64,000 nucleotides of DNA from Marsupella aquatica (Eukaryota > Plantae > Marchantiophyta). Under the pieces are notes generated by a model that made no database searches, had not been told where the DNA came from, and was given only the letters and a program-made list of their open reading frames with translations. The stretch spans positions 11,125,135-11,189,134 of the forward strand of contig OZ316899.1 of NCBI GenBank assembly GCA_973895155.1, in the 5' to 3' direction. Both the position numbers and the translations under genes were made by a program. Shown piece after piece: positions 48,330-61,664 of the stretch (the first letter of the stretch is position 1; every line of letters starts with the position of its first letter).

Positions 48330-49830
48330 GACATGGACTTAATTCACACCCACAATCAAACCCTATGTCCAAGTGGTGGACCTTACCACCCAGCACCCTC
48401 ACCAATCCCAACACTTGCGCCTAAGTGCCCTTGGTGCCCGAACGCCTCCACGAAATACCTCGAGCAAGCATCCAAGTGCCTCTAGCACCACCTGCGGCCA
48501 CTCCCATACGAAGCCGCACTTGCTCACCTACACGACCGCTACTCAACGGTCCTCATTGCCTGCACAAGCAACCAAACACCTTGGTAAGTAACCCCTCCGG
48601 ATCTAGAACTCGCCCAATCTAGCATCCTAACTCAAGCTCAACAGACGTTGGTAAATAGGTCAACGATAGGTCCTCCCGATGCCATAAGCTGGAACCAGAA
48701 CCCACGCCCACTATCCGTCCAGGGTAGCTCCTTCCTTGGGTGCGGCCCGGGTTCCCCCTCGTACCTATCCATCACCAACTGACCGCCCTGACCTCAGGAC
48801 ATGCTCATGGCCCAAATAGCGTAGCTTGTCCTAAAGCTTGTCCCAAGCTTGTCTCAACACGTCGGGACCAGAACGGCCCCGAGTCTAACACCGACTCCCG
48901 TTTTGCCCCATTGACGGTCTAGGGACCGAGCGCCTTGGGACTCAGCCTCCATACCTACTTGGCCTTGCCTCCCCAACGCAAGCTCCCTTGGGAGGCTGAA
49001 CGCGGCTTGGCTGCTGTTCGGCAGGATTTGGCAAATGGGCGAGCTAACACCCACAAACCACGAGAACCCATGGCACCCCCAGACCCAGCTGAGCTCAGAA
49101 GGGCGTAGCCCTCTTCAAGAGCTTTCCAACGCACCTAAGAAGTCCTCCAACGGACTTCCCGTTGGGAAGATATCGTCATTTCTGTTTGGCGGTTTCTCTT
49201 AGTGTCGCGACCGCCGCGGCTCACGACTTTGGCTCGCCCTTAGCCCCCAGGGAGACACCACTCCCCTCATATATGCTTTTGGGGACCTGCCACCCCCGGA
49301 CAAACTTTGGTCCCTAAACATTTGGCCCCCAACCCGGATCCCATCGCGCATAATGGGCGCGCCACCAACTGGCAACGCCCATAACTTTCTTGATAGGTAT
49401 CCGCAAGCGAAGTGCCTTAGCCCGTTGTGACCGAGCCGACCCAGTGCTCATGCCTAGGCCCTCAGGTCTGATCGCCGCTCGGGGCCCCCAACCGGCCCAA
49501 CCCGGATCGGGCCACAACTTGCGCCCCAAGCGTCCGTTGCCAATGGCAACAACTCCATTGGCCTTGGGCCCAAGAGGAGCTCACTCCCGAGCCCTTAGAA
49601 CTCAAAGCCCATCCGATGGTCCGGATGGGCATCCTTGAGCCCGGCCCATTTCCCCTTGACCCGACCAGCCATAGACTAGTCCAAGTCCTTAGTTTGTGTC
49701 CCCAGCTTGGCCCCTTGCCTCGCCAGTGCCACGTCTCATTGCCCACGAGTCTCCCCATGCTAAGTCCTCCCTAGATGGCCTATCCGGGCCTGGACCGTAA
49801 GGGAGCTCGGCGTCGGAGTCAGCGTCGCCT
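48330..49830. mobile_element. GC-rich non-coding insert, possibly an LTR fragment; ends not resolved
   Basis: Compositional shift; AGAGCTTTCCAACG motif typical of plant gypsy LTRs; lacks the MULE palindrome; absent from MULE-1 left end. Confidence 0.35.
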
Positions 49831-51399
49831 GAGCTAAGTGTTAAGGTAGTTGAGTTCTGCGACTATCGGCGTCCACTTCGACATTGTTTTGGTTCGGACA
49901 ATTAGTAATGTCGGCTGCCTCTTTGACCATCTTGGTGCCCTTTCTAACCATCTTGGCGTCCTCTCTGAGATATCCTTGGAGTGTTGTTCCATCTCGGCTG
50001 AGCTCGCCAAGATGAAAACATACCCAGCAAAGTGTACAACATAGTATATCAAATAGGAGCCACATTAAGAACATTTAGATGACACCCTTTTTATTAAGCT
50101 TTGTACCAAACTTTACAACGATGTTGTCTATCTCAATTTTCTGAACTAAATTCCACTAGGCTGCGTCTCCATCTTCCATCCTCTCTACAGGGTAATTGTC
50201 TGGCAGACAAGGTCCACAACAATCTTTTGCCACATGATGTCTATAAGTGCAGGGTCAAAGTTCAGTACGCCGCCTCCAGAAATACGCTCCATGTAGATAA
50301 TGATATATACACCACAATTGTAATCATCCCCTTGACTTGGAATGTTATCTCGGTAAATGTGTGGCCATTCTAATGGACATAACAAGGTACGACCCCGCAA
50401 GATGGAGAGGTCCAAAAGAAACTGAGCTACTTTGAACACTTTTGTGCCATCCTGTGCTTCGGGCACAAGCGGATCAAGTAAATGCAGTTGCCGCAAGGCA
50501 GTATCAACCACAACTAGTACCCAATGTTTTGGTCGGTAGACGGGGATTAAAATGTACTCGTGCTCCCACATTTGAATGCCCCACCAATATGCCAACGCTG
50601 CGTTGAAGTTATATTCCGGAGTTGTCATCACTTGGTAAAAATGTGTTGGCAATAACATGGCCTTGGGTTTATGAAGGGTTTGTGCTCTTCGTTCCAGTAA
50701 AGCAATGTAAGCATTGATGACGTCGCAAGTAATCCATTTTTTTGGCCTCAAGCATTTTGAATGTGCCCTCGTCAAGTGCACGTCCTTGATTGTCACTATG
50801 ACCTCTTTTTGGTCCGCCTTGGGGTCCAATGCCTTCTTCACTATCGCCAAAAATTTGGATGGTTGCTTTTGTGCGGGCACTCCTTTGCTTGCAAGCCCCA
50901 CCTCTTTCACTCCTGCCCGGGGAGTCAGCCCCTCATTCACTGGTTGCTCAGGTCTCTCCTGAGCTGCAATGAAGGTAAATTCATTCAAACATTACTCTTC
51001 GGAACTGGAGCTTGATAATCTTATACTTACATGGTGAGTTTGGAGACTGTCACTTCCTACCGAGCTACTCTCATCCAATTGAGCTTCTTTTGCCCTATCA
51101 TCGACAAATTTGAGAGTTTTCCTTTTTCTCTCTTTTACACAGCGAGGCACTATTTCTTTATGATAGGTATGAGCAGCGTAGCACGGAAGGGTTAACTTCT
51201 CCGGCAAGAAATATGCCAAAGCTTCCTCCCACGCAAGCTTGACAAGCCGTCTGTCTTGGCTGTCCCATTTCGCTGTAGCTGACTCAGTAGTCCTATCGGG
51301 AACTGCTACTCAGTTATACTTAAATCCAATCAAATAATGTATTGCGCCCAAAATAGACGTAAACAGAAGGCACCTGTCGGGGAAGGTAGTCGACATGGA

Positions 51400-52210
51400 T
51401 CGACGGATCTTGGAGAGGCCAGCCAAGATCACTCTTCCTGAGATGGATCTCGAAGAGGCCAGCCAAGATGACTATTCCTGAGATGGATCTCAGAGAGGCC
51501 AGCCAAGATTGACTATTCCTGAGATAGATCTTGGAGATGCCAGCCGAGATGACTTCCTGAGATGGATCTCGGAGAGGCCAGCCGAGATGACTGTTCCTGA
51601 GATGGATCTCAAAGAGGCCAGCTGAGATTGACTCATCCTGAGAGGATCTCAGAGAGGCCAGCCGAGATGACTGTTCCTGAGACGGATCTCAGAGAGGCCA
51701 GCCGAGATTGACTCTTCCTGAGACGGATCTCAGAGAGGCCAGCCGAGATTGACTCTTCCTGAGACGGATCTCAGAGAGGCCAGCCGAGATTGACTCTTCC
51801 TGAGACGGATCTCAGAGAGGCCAGCCGAGATTGACTCGTCCTGAGATGGATCTTGGAGAGGCCAGCCAAGATCACTCTTCCTGAGACGGATCTCGGAGAG
51901 GCCAGCCGAGATGACTATTCCTTAGACGGATCTCAGAGAGGCCAACCAAGATTGACTCTTTCTGAGATGGATCTCAGAGAGGCCAGCCGAGATTGACTCT
52001 TCCTCAGACGGATCTTGGAGAGGCCATCCAAGATCACTCTTCCTGCGATGGATCTCGGAGAGGCCAGCCGAGATGACAATTCCTGAGACGAATCTCAGAG
52101 AGGCCAGCCAAGATTGACTCTTCTTGAGACGGATCTTGGATAGGCCAGCCAAGATCACTCTTCCTCAGACGGATCTTGGAGAGGCCCGCCAAGATGACTC
52201 TTCCTGAGTT
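51400..52210. repeat. 39-40-bp intronic tandem array, ~20 copies, one 23-bp palindrome per unit
   Basis: Unit GACGG-ATCTCRGAGAGGCCAGCCGAGAT-(T)GACTCTTCCTGA. Confidence 0.95.
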
Positions 52211-54162
52211 GCATGTAGACGAATGAATCTTGGCGAGGTCCGCCAACATGCATCTCAAGTTAGGACTTGCCCTCGCTTGTAGAGGAGGCCAGACACTATG
52301 AATGTCAGCAAGGTCAGCCGACATGCATACATATCGGCGAGGCCGCTGACTTGTATCCCTCTATTGTCAACCATTGCGACGAGCAAGCAAATATGAAATG
52401 AACAACGTCAAACGCCAGAAAACTTACATGTTGTTGGGAGTACTGTCGGCTTTTTCTTCTTGCACTTTTCTGGGTTGGCTTGTGAACGGACCACCTCTTC
52501 CTCCTCCGGGGAGATCACTCCAACCAGTTGTGCCAGTTGGTCTTGCGCACAAGTTCCAAAGTGAGGATAGGATTCAGTCCCAAACACCATCCGCCCGCAA
52601 TTTTCAGCCGCCTTGAATATTGCCCCAAACTGTGCGTTGAAAGTGAGGATAGTTGCCCCAGGGTGTGTTGTATATTCGATGATACATTGGAGCGTTGTTG
52701 GCGACAATGTGCCCGCAAAAGGATCGTTAACCTGATTCTTCTTGGATGTATAGTTCGTTAGCCCATTCCTACTCTTCATATTGAGCTCTACACTAATTGG
52801 TGCCACATCGTCCTTTGGGCATATCTCCACAGCAGATTGAAACCCCCACAGGTCTAGCTTGAGATATTTGCTTTGGATCGGCCAAACATATTCAGAGGTC
52901 AGACTTCCTCAGTTTAGGATAGTAAGTCATTGGAATAAAAAATAAATGAAGAAGTAGGTAATTGATGGGACTTACTCGCTTCCCAGTCCTACCATCGTAG
53001 GTGGGTGTGTCATTCCAGATAAAGAAGCTTTCTTTCAACCCCCAATTGGTATTCTCGTAAACTAATGCATCATAAATGCAAGTTGAGTGCCGAAGCGAAC
53101 CACTGTGCACGATGGCAAATAGTCCTTCGGAATCAAGGACATCTTGAGCAAACTCCTGAACCCGGTTCAAGTCGTCCTCCCGGAACAAATTCCACAACGG
53201 GGTGGACTTACCCTCGACCATACGCGTGTCTGTTCCCATATGTATCAGAATAAAATCTGCACCAGTCTTCACTCGCTTCCCCCCTTTTCTCCAGGCATTT
53301 TGATGCAAACCTTCCCGCAATAGCTTTCTGCACCATGAGATCAATTTACTAACTACAGGGGGTTTGGTACCTTCTTTAGCCGCATCAAAAAAAGTTGTAA
53401 ATAGATTTGGAGATCACCTAAAATACAGATGTCTACTCTGGGAAGACATGGTATTGGCATAAGGACGCCTTACTCCTTCCAGCTATGTATTATCCTCTTC
53501 TCCAAGGGCCTCTTCATCCTCCTCATTTTCCAATGTGGGGTTAGGTTGGATGGTTGTGGGCGGAACCTCTCCAGTGCCGGGCGGGGAGGCGACTCAGTGG
53601 GGGAAGGAAGAGGAGGAAAATCCTCATCACATGCTTTGCTTGGGCTCCCTTTGGGAGCTCTAGGTTGCCTAGTTTGCTTTCTTTTTAAGGCCTTTTCCTT
53701 TTGCCGTGACAGTAATGGTGGCCGGTAAGGCACAGGAGAGATATCAGACAAGCGCCCTTCGTCTCCGAATTGTCCTTTGTCCTCTTCCTCTCGCTCCTCT
53801 TCCTCTCGCTCACCCACATCATCCTCACCTTGCTGCTTGTCAGCCAATTCATCTTGTACTTCAGGAGCCTCATGCGGAGGCAAGTCAAATTCTTGCAGTG
53901 GAGCCTCGTCTGGACCCAACTCAACTATTGGTTGTTTATCCTTGTGCCCTGGACCCTGCAAAGCCCCTGGACCGTCCTCAACTGCTGCCTTTGTAGCCGG
54001 CTCTACACCCTTGCTCTTGATAGAACCAGGTTCCGTTTGGATCTCTGCATGACCTGCATAGGATGCAAATTGATGAGCTTCATGATGGCAACTGCATCTC
54101 GGCAAGCCTCGCCAAGATCGGGTTCATTATATGCAAGCAACTTATTACTCAACTAATACTTC

Positions 54163-54405
54163 ATCTCGGCAAGCCTCGCCGACATCTGGACTGGACCAGA
54201 CACTTAATCTTGGAGAGCCTCGTCGACATCTAGACTGGACTAGACACTTAATCTCGGAGAGCCTCGCCAACATCTGGACTGGTCCAGACACTTAATCTCG
54301 GAGAGCCTCGCCGACATCTGGGCTGGACCAGACACTTAATCTCGGAGAGCCTCGCCAACATCTGGACTGGACCGGATACTTAATCTCGATGAGCCTCGCC
54401 AAGTA
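54163..54405. repeat. 44-bp intronic tandem array x6, one 23-bp palindrome per unit
   Basis: ATCTCGGAGAGCCTCGCCGACAT at 54163, 54207, 54251, 54295, 54339, 54383. Confidence 0.95.
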
Positions 54406-57400
54406 AATATAGGGGTCTGGATTTCAAAGACGCTCTAAGTCATCCACCCTCACCGAGATGAGACCCTCATTCCTTTGGTGTTATGTCACCAACCCCAGCC
54501 AAGGTTTTTTCCAATGCAAGCAACCACCTGATTCAAAAGGAATTGAGTAATACCTGATGGGGTTTTTGTTGGAGTGCTTATAGAATCTGACTGACTGGCC
54601 TTGGCGGATTGTTCCTTGTCAACCTTCTTCTCGCCTCCTTCCTTTTGGGCCTTTTTCCCATCATAGGCTGGGTCCATTGGGATTATGGCCTCCAGCGCTA
54701 TTGCCTGGGGCATAGAGTCCGTCAATTGTCATAGCTTGGATATATCGTAGTAATTTTTAGGCTCCTGTTGGTCCTTCAGCTTCATTGCACACTCCTTCTC
54801 AACGTCATCAATAAAAGTATTCTAGTCACGGTATTCCATATACCATGGGCAGTTTTGACGTTCCCAATCGCAGACTACTCTGCCATTAGGAATTTGGCCA
54901 TCACATGGATACATGCTAAGGCTCCCTTTTGGCTCCATCCAAGATGTGAGTGCCCATGGCAGCTCTTTCAATACGGATGCATTCATGTTCTCCTGATTGA
55001 TTAGAAATCTTGTCACGCACCTCTTTGTTCGCTTTTTCCACAATTCTTTTAATAGGACCGTGGCCTTTCCGTCAATCCAAATTTCCCCGCCTAGTTTTAG
55101 TGATTTCTCTTGCATATAAGCTCGATAAAGCCTTCTGTATAGCTCTGCAAATTCCTCCTCTATCCCGAAAAACTCACGGTACATCTGTCTTTGGTAGGCC
55201 TTTGCAACAAAATCGGTCAAAATCACACAACCAACGTGGTCAATGTAACACCACATTGACCAGACCGCTAACCAGGATCTAATTGCAGCATTACCATTGC
55301 TACGTGGATGGTGATACATACTCTTCTCCTCCTCCGTTCCAAAATGAGCTTTCAATAGCTTTACTCTGCACTCTGCAGTTACCCAAGCCCCAACAAACAA
55401 GCGGACCCTGTCCAAGCCAACCTGTACATTCATCATACCTTGCTTGGCATCCTTTGACAACTTGTGATACAGCTGCCGACATACCGGCATTAACTGGTCT
55501 CCATTGGCCGGATTCACGCAGGCCGCAAGCTTGGGGAACTTGGTGTCCCAGGCCTTGCATGCAACAATAATCATTGCCTCCGTCTCCTCCTCAGTTCTTT
55601 TCACACTCCATGGGTGCCCACGAGCTGCGTCTTGTGCCATCTCCTTGGAGATATTGATTCGTCCTGCTTCAATGTTTGACCAAGACATGATGTACACAGC
55701 GGCTTCTTTTGTCATATTCTTTGAGTACCAAGTCTTCCCATGTCCTCGATTTTGGGCCTTCATGAAAGCCTCCATTGTCTCCTTTGACATGAGCAAACTG
55801 TACTCCTCCAATGGAGTGTTCAATAGCTTTGCAACCCGATCAGCGTCATTAAACCAGGATGTCTTCACGACAGTCGCACTTATCGTGAAAATGACAAACA
55901 ATACTCATAGCGGCAATTTCAGAGAGGCTCTCCAAGATGGCACACAAGGTTTACACAAACAGGTAATCACATTTTTCAAACAGACGCGAATGAGAGTACT
56001 TATGAGTTGAGAGCGTGCATTGCTTGCTCAACCTTCTTGAATCCGTCCTTCCCAGCATTCAAAAGAGAGAATCTGACGCACGGATGGTATTGCAATTGAT
56101 CCGGATACTCAGAAGCAACTGCGGACCAGGCTGTGTATTTGTGGTTTCCATCAAAAACCCAAAACATCTTGTCCTTAAGGACTTTGAACTCCTCTGATGC
56201 ATTGCACTCTTGCTCAAACTGTTCATTGAGCTAAGTCCATAGAGGGTCCCAAAATGGCTTGAAGTCTGTCACTGTCTGCGTTTCTCCAATTTCATTGAAC
56301 TTAGTAATGTGGAACTCACTGAGCTTCACAACATAGTCGCTCTCTTTGAATCCTTTTTTTAATTTTGCAACCGACTCATCCTGAAGATTCCTCACTGCCT
56401 CCATTGGCATGAGCCGGCACAAGGGGATCCGGGGCGGATCCTTACTAAACTTTGTCTCATACTTGGAGACGATAGACTCCCAGGCTCCCTTCTCAGCAAT
56501 ATCAGCCAATTCCGCCGCTCCAATAGGCTCAAATGATATCTGCTTTGGCTCAAACTTCTTCTTGGAGTCGACTGACTCCATAAGTGGACCACCCTGTGAG
56601 CGCGTCAGTCGAGACGTGACTGGCGAAGGAGACTTGGATCGTGGTTTCTTACTCCGCTGAGAAGTTTGGCTGTCGGCAGGTCCAGCTCCAGTCGAGTCTT
56701 TCCTCTTCGGCATTTTGACCTTAGATTACATGAGAAATGAAAGAGTTATTACTCGGCAATAGCTAGCTCGACCTATGACAAGATCTCAACGAGCCACGCC
56801 GAGAGAGCTAGTTTTCAAGGATACATGGGGTCGAGCCTCTCACACATTTGATTCATCTACAAATGGATTTGACATATCAAGAAAAAGGGGGAGCCAAGAG
56901 AAAAACTTGAGAGAATCATCAACGCTCATGGCAAACCACTGTTGCAAATGCTCACAAAAAATGTTGCCGCAAGCGCTCACGGAGAAGCTACCACTAGCTC
57001 ACTGCCTCAAAACACCAATGCAATCCAGTAGACACAATAACAGGGTTGCATAGGAAAGTTTATCGTGAGTGGGACGACTGAAGAAGAGCAGGAACAACGC
57101 GGATGTGAGCACGGAGAAGTGAGAGATTGCACAGACCAATATGCGAAGATTGAGGAAGAGCGCGGATTAGAGCGCGAACGAGTAAGGGATTGCGCAAAAG
57201 AGTAAGGCAGAGTGAGAAGGTCCGGGGATTAGTGATAAAGACAAGCGCCAAACCTAAGGTCACACCGTGGAAGAGTGACGAGGAAGGAACGACATCCAAT
57301 TCAAGGAATAACATACCTGTCGCACGTACTGCACAACACTAAAGTACGCAATAGATACGGGAGATCCTAACTATACTTCGATACGTACATGTTGTTAACA

Positions 57401-57489
57401 GCCCAAACAAGAAAGTACACAATGCTAACGCGAGTACTGACCACCACTAGTACGAGAGAGTTTAGGGTACATTTAGGGTACAATTAGGG

Positions 57490-59338
57490 ACTTTGGCCTA
57501 CAACTCAAATGAGTCCAAATGAGACCACGGGTTAGCTCTACTCGGGTTAGATAGGATAGCTCGGTTAGCGGAACTCGGGTTAGCTATGTAACTCGGGTTA
57601 GCATAGCAGTGAGTACCCCCTCTTGGTTATGGGGGCATAACTTTTTGTGTATTTGACCAAATCGGCTACAATTGACCTCGTTGGAAAGAGGAGCTCAAGC
57701 CGTTTCCAACGCTGCTATCCACGCAGTAAATGGTTGAATAGAGAAATCGGGAGAGGAGGCGCAAGCTCACAAAAACCATGGAGGAGGGCCAAATCCGAAG
57801 AACATAGCCAATTCGAGATAGAAATAAAGTTGCGAGTTAGGGTTCAGTAGTTAGAGATAGTGGCGGCTCTGTTAGGGCTGGGATGGGGCTCCAGCAACGT
57901 AGTATCCACCCATTTGGGCTCAGTATGAGAGTATATAGAGCTGCCCCCCGGTAGAGGCAGGACTTCAGTTGTGTGATCTCACGTAGACTGAGCAACAGGG
58001 AGGAGCTCTGTGCAAGGAAGGCTGGGCTTGGAAGCTGTGTGTTGGGGAGAGCTTGGTTGTGCTATTACTCAAGGAGTCATGAGCCACGCTTCACGACAAT
58101 AGTTGGCCAGGTTTGCAAGTTGGATTGTGGCTCTTTCTAGTAGGCAACACAACTGGGTTCTTTTCCCCCCATACAGAGCCTTGGTGATAGTTGATGTGTT
58201 GGTGATTGTAAACTGCGGGGAGGATTTCAATGTGATTTGCGGTGAGCACATTAGGAAGGCTGAGACACTGATTGAGGGGCAGCAAGAGGAGCATTTACAG
58301 TTCAGTTTGGCGAGGCTACGTGATCCATGGGGAGTCCCGGCCTTTGTCTGGTAGAGAGCACTAAGGGATTTATGGCCAGAGCTGAGCTTGCAGGGCAAGC
58401 GTGAGGCCGGGCCTCATTGCAGTCTGGGATAGATTGTCGTTAGGCTTGGTACCAGCTTTGAAGTTGAGTCAACTGTGCATCCGTAACTTGACGTTCTAAA
58501 TTGGAGGTGTGAGATCTGTATGTGCCCCCAAGAATGAAGTGCAGTGAAGGAGGTTGAGTTTAGGATTGAGTTTGCAAGGCAAGTACGGGATTGGTTTGAG
58601 TCCAATCTGCCGTCGCAATCTGGAGTGAGTCGGGCTCAGGTTCAGGATTGAGCTTGCATGGCAAGCACGGGGCTTGCGGGGCAAGCACGTCGCAATCTAG
58701 AGGAGACAGCCTTTGGGCCTATTGTTCGGATCAAGTGTTCTCAGTGAACTATTGTGCACATCTTTGAATCTAATTGAGTTTTCCTCTTAGGCCTCATTTC
58801 TCTCATGGATGTGTGTGTTTGTGAGGCAATCTGAGTGTATGATGGGACTAGCAGCGCCACTGAGAGGTGTACCGGGTGCATTGAAGTGGGTTGGGTGAGG
58901 GCTGTCACAGCTCTGTTGCTGAGAGTGGAATGGTAGAGTGGTGGGGCAATGGCTTAGAAGTCCCTAAGCCGGGAATCAGTCAAGAGTCACTGGTTTATGG
59001 GTACATTCTGGTGGCGGAATAGAAATATACCTATGACAGTAAGCATACGTATAGACATATGCGCACCATAGCGCTAGGCCCTGTGTGTACGGGCCCGATA
59101 TGAAGACCCCTTCTCACCAGAACTATCATGAGCACATGATCTGATTCCCAACCTTGGTTCTTAGGATTGAGCTTGGGTGATGTGTGACGGAGTCTTGCTA
59201 TGATAGTCTGGTGTTAAGGGCATAAACTGGTGTTTACCGGCCTTCACAACATCCCTTCGTGATCCTCAGGTACAAGGAGATGGTTTTGGCACCCATAGTG
59301 ATGTTTTTGGTGTTAAGACCCATGTCAATCGTGTGACA
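57490..59338. mobile_element. Truncated LTR-like insert in the divergent promoter region
   Basis: Ends in TGTGACA at 59338, abutting a cut 401-bp repeat unit; CGTTGGAAAG motif; left end and TSD not found. Confidence 0.4.
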
Positions 59339-60210
59339 TATTCCATTTCAAAGGAAGGACCCAAATTGGTTCTATCCAACATCCGATGTCAAAGACCCTC
59401 TCTGAGATGGAGTGGTGTGGCCCAAACGTCCAGACGACAAAAATTGTCAATCGCGTCTTGGGTGGAAAGGGAAGCGAGATTGCAACCCAATTGCTTGGAG
59501 ACCCTCTCTGAGATGGAGCCGTGTGCCCCAAGTGGCTAGAGAGCAGTTCTCCCAGATTGCCTATTGGGTCAGAAAGGTCGCCAAATGAGACCCACCCTCT
59601 CGGAGACCCTCTCTGAGATGGAGTCGTGGGCGTACTTTGGCCAGATGACACCACTTGTGGACCCTGTTAACAGTTTCAAAGGGTTAGCTACAACATACAC
59701 TGTGTCTCTCAAAGATCCTCTCCAAGATGAAATTAAGGGTATTCCGTTTCAAAGGAAGGACCCAAATTGGTTCTATCCCACATTCCATGTCAGAGACCCT
59801 CTCTGAGATGGAGTGGTGTGGCCCGAACGGCCAGACGGCAAAAATTGTCAATCGCATCTTGGGTGGAAAGGGAAGCAAGATTGCAACCCAATCGCTCGGA
59901 GACCCTCTCTGAGATGCAGCCGTGTGCCCCAAGTGGCCAGAGAGCAGTTCTCCCAGATCGCCTATTGGGTCAGAAAGGTCGCCAAATGAGACCTAGGCTC
60001 TCGGAGACCCTCTCTGAGATGGAGTCGTGGGCGTACTTTGGCCAGATGACACCACTTGTGGACCCTGTTAACAGTTTCAAAGGGTTAGCTACAACATACA
60101 CTGTGTCTCTCAGAGACCCTCTCCGAGATGAAATTAAGGGTATTCCGTTTCAAAGGAAGGACCCAAATTGGTTCTATCCCACATTCGATGTGAGAGACCC
60201 TCTCCAAAAT
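59339..60210. repeat. 401-bp tandem repeat x~2.2 containing several palindromes per unit
   Basis: TTCCRTTTCAAAGGAAGGACCC at 59341, 59742, 60143; GAGACCCTCTCTGAGAT copies. Confidence 0.92.
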
Positions 60211-60364
60211 ACAAGGATGAACCCAAAAGTGCATGCAAAAACTGACCGTACAGTACTTTTCAATGTTTTTACAATGTAATTCTATACGGATCGCGTGTCT
60301 GTACAAATGTACCATCTCAGAGAGGCTCGTCGAGTACAAATACTGTTGCCCAAATGACCGGAGT

Positions 60365-61200
60365 CCATCTCAGAGACCCCCGCCGAGAATAATTTAGGGT
60401 GGAAACTAAATGAAACTTCGAGTGAGGAAGTGTTATGTGGGCCGCAAGTGTCCCTAATCCACCATAGAGAGGCTCGCCAGATAGCGCAACCGTATGTCAG
60501 AGACCCTCGCCGAGTAGGATTCTAGGTAAAAGTCTATGAGAATCCATCTCAGAATCGCAGAGACCCCCGCCGAGAATGACTTGGGATGAAAAGTAAATGA
60601 CACTCAACGACCAAGGAAGCTAGTCCCTAATCCACCACAGAGAGGCTCGCCAGATAGCGCGACCGCATGTCAAAGACCCTCGCCGAGTAGGATTCTAGGT
60701 AAAAGTCTATGAGAATCCATCTCAGAATCTCAGAGACCCCCGCCGAGAATGACTTGGGATGAAAAGTAAATGACACTCAGCAACCAAGGAAGTCCCTAAT
60801 CCACACAAAGAGGCTTGCCAGATAGCGCGACCGCATGTCAGAGACCCTCGCCGAGTAGGATTCTAGGTAAAAGTCTATGAGAATCCATCTCAGAATCTCG
60901 GAGACCCCCGTCGAGAATGACTTGGGATGAAAAGTAAATGACACTCAGCGACCAAGGAAGTCCCTAATCCACCATAGAGAGGCTCGCCAGATAGCGCGAC
61001 CGCATGTCAGAGACCCTTGCCGAGTAGGATTCTAGGTAAAAGTCTATGAGAATCCATCTCAGAATCTCGGAGACCCCCGCCAAGAATGACTTGGGATGAA
61101 AAGTAAATGACACTCAACGACCGAGGAAGTCCCTAATCCACCACAAAGAGGCTCGCTAGATAGCGTGACCGCATGTCAGAGACCCTCACCGAGTAGGAAG
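60365..61200. repeat. ~170-bp tandem repeat x~5 containing palindrome variants
   Basis: GAGACCCCCGCCGAGAAT at 60373, 60560, 60733, 60901, 61070. Confidence 0.92.
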
Positions 61201-61664
61201 TTGGAAGGCTATTTATTCATCCTTCAAGTCAGGCATTTTTGCAGAGGGGATTATAAGCCACACAACGAAAGAAGAAGAAATGTTTTAGGCAAGGCCGGAC
61301 GGAATCTTGGAGAATATACTAATTCCCAAAGTTTGCATGTACCTTCTTGGCGGCTGCTGGCAAATATGTACCTTGTACATGTGCAGAATCTGTACCTTCT
61401 TGGCGGCCGCTAGCAAATAGGTACCTTCTTTATGGTACAGTTGTTATATGTACGCTCCGGATTCTACAATCGTTATATGGTACGCACGTTGTCCGGAACG
61501 GTATTCTTGGCGTAAAGTATGGGTACTTTAACATCTGATGTACCGCCCAAGTTCTCAGCCTGAAAGTGCGGTATTATTAGCATAAAGTGGTACCAAGACT
61601 TTAACGTCTGATGTATAAAGCCGAAGGCCTGGGGACTAACATTCCCAGTGTGGATTTGGGACAC

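Larger units (their letters stand above)
50185..56713 (-). pseudogene. Spliced MULE accessory gene: ParB/Srx-like domain, helical region, acidic linker, degenerate beta-class N4/N6 DNA-MTase-like domain, Ulp1 SUMO protease
   Basis: MPKRK start; RIPLCRL..VRNL..V.KLKKGF...FWVFDGNHKYTAW (~56120-56170); ADFILIHMG...DVLDSEG; IIEYTTHPGATILTFNAQFGAIFKAAENCGRMVFGTE..P.F..CAQDQL; Ulp1 KHWVL..D..LLDPL..PSQGDDYNCGVY; GTAAG donors at 52975 and ~52427. Confidence 0.78.

Noticed and set aside
52408-53344. Active 4mC/6mA methyltransferase
   Set aside because: Neither the (D/S/N)PP(Y/F) nor the FxGxG motif is intact in either paralogue; only a fold-level resemblance is claimed
57490-59338. Intact solo LTR
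   Set aside because: Only a CA-type right end is visible; the expected left TSD (TATTC) and TG start were not found
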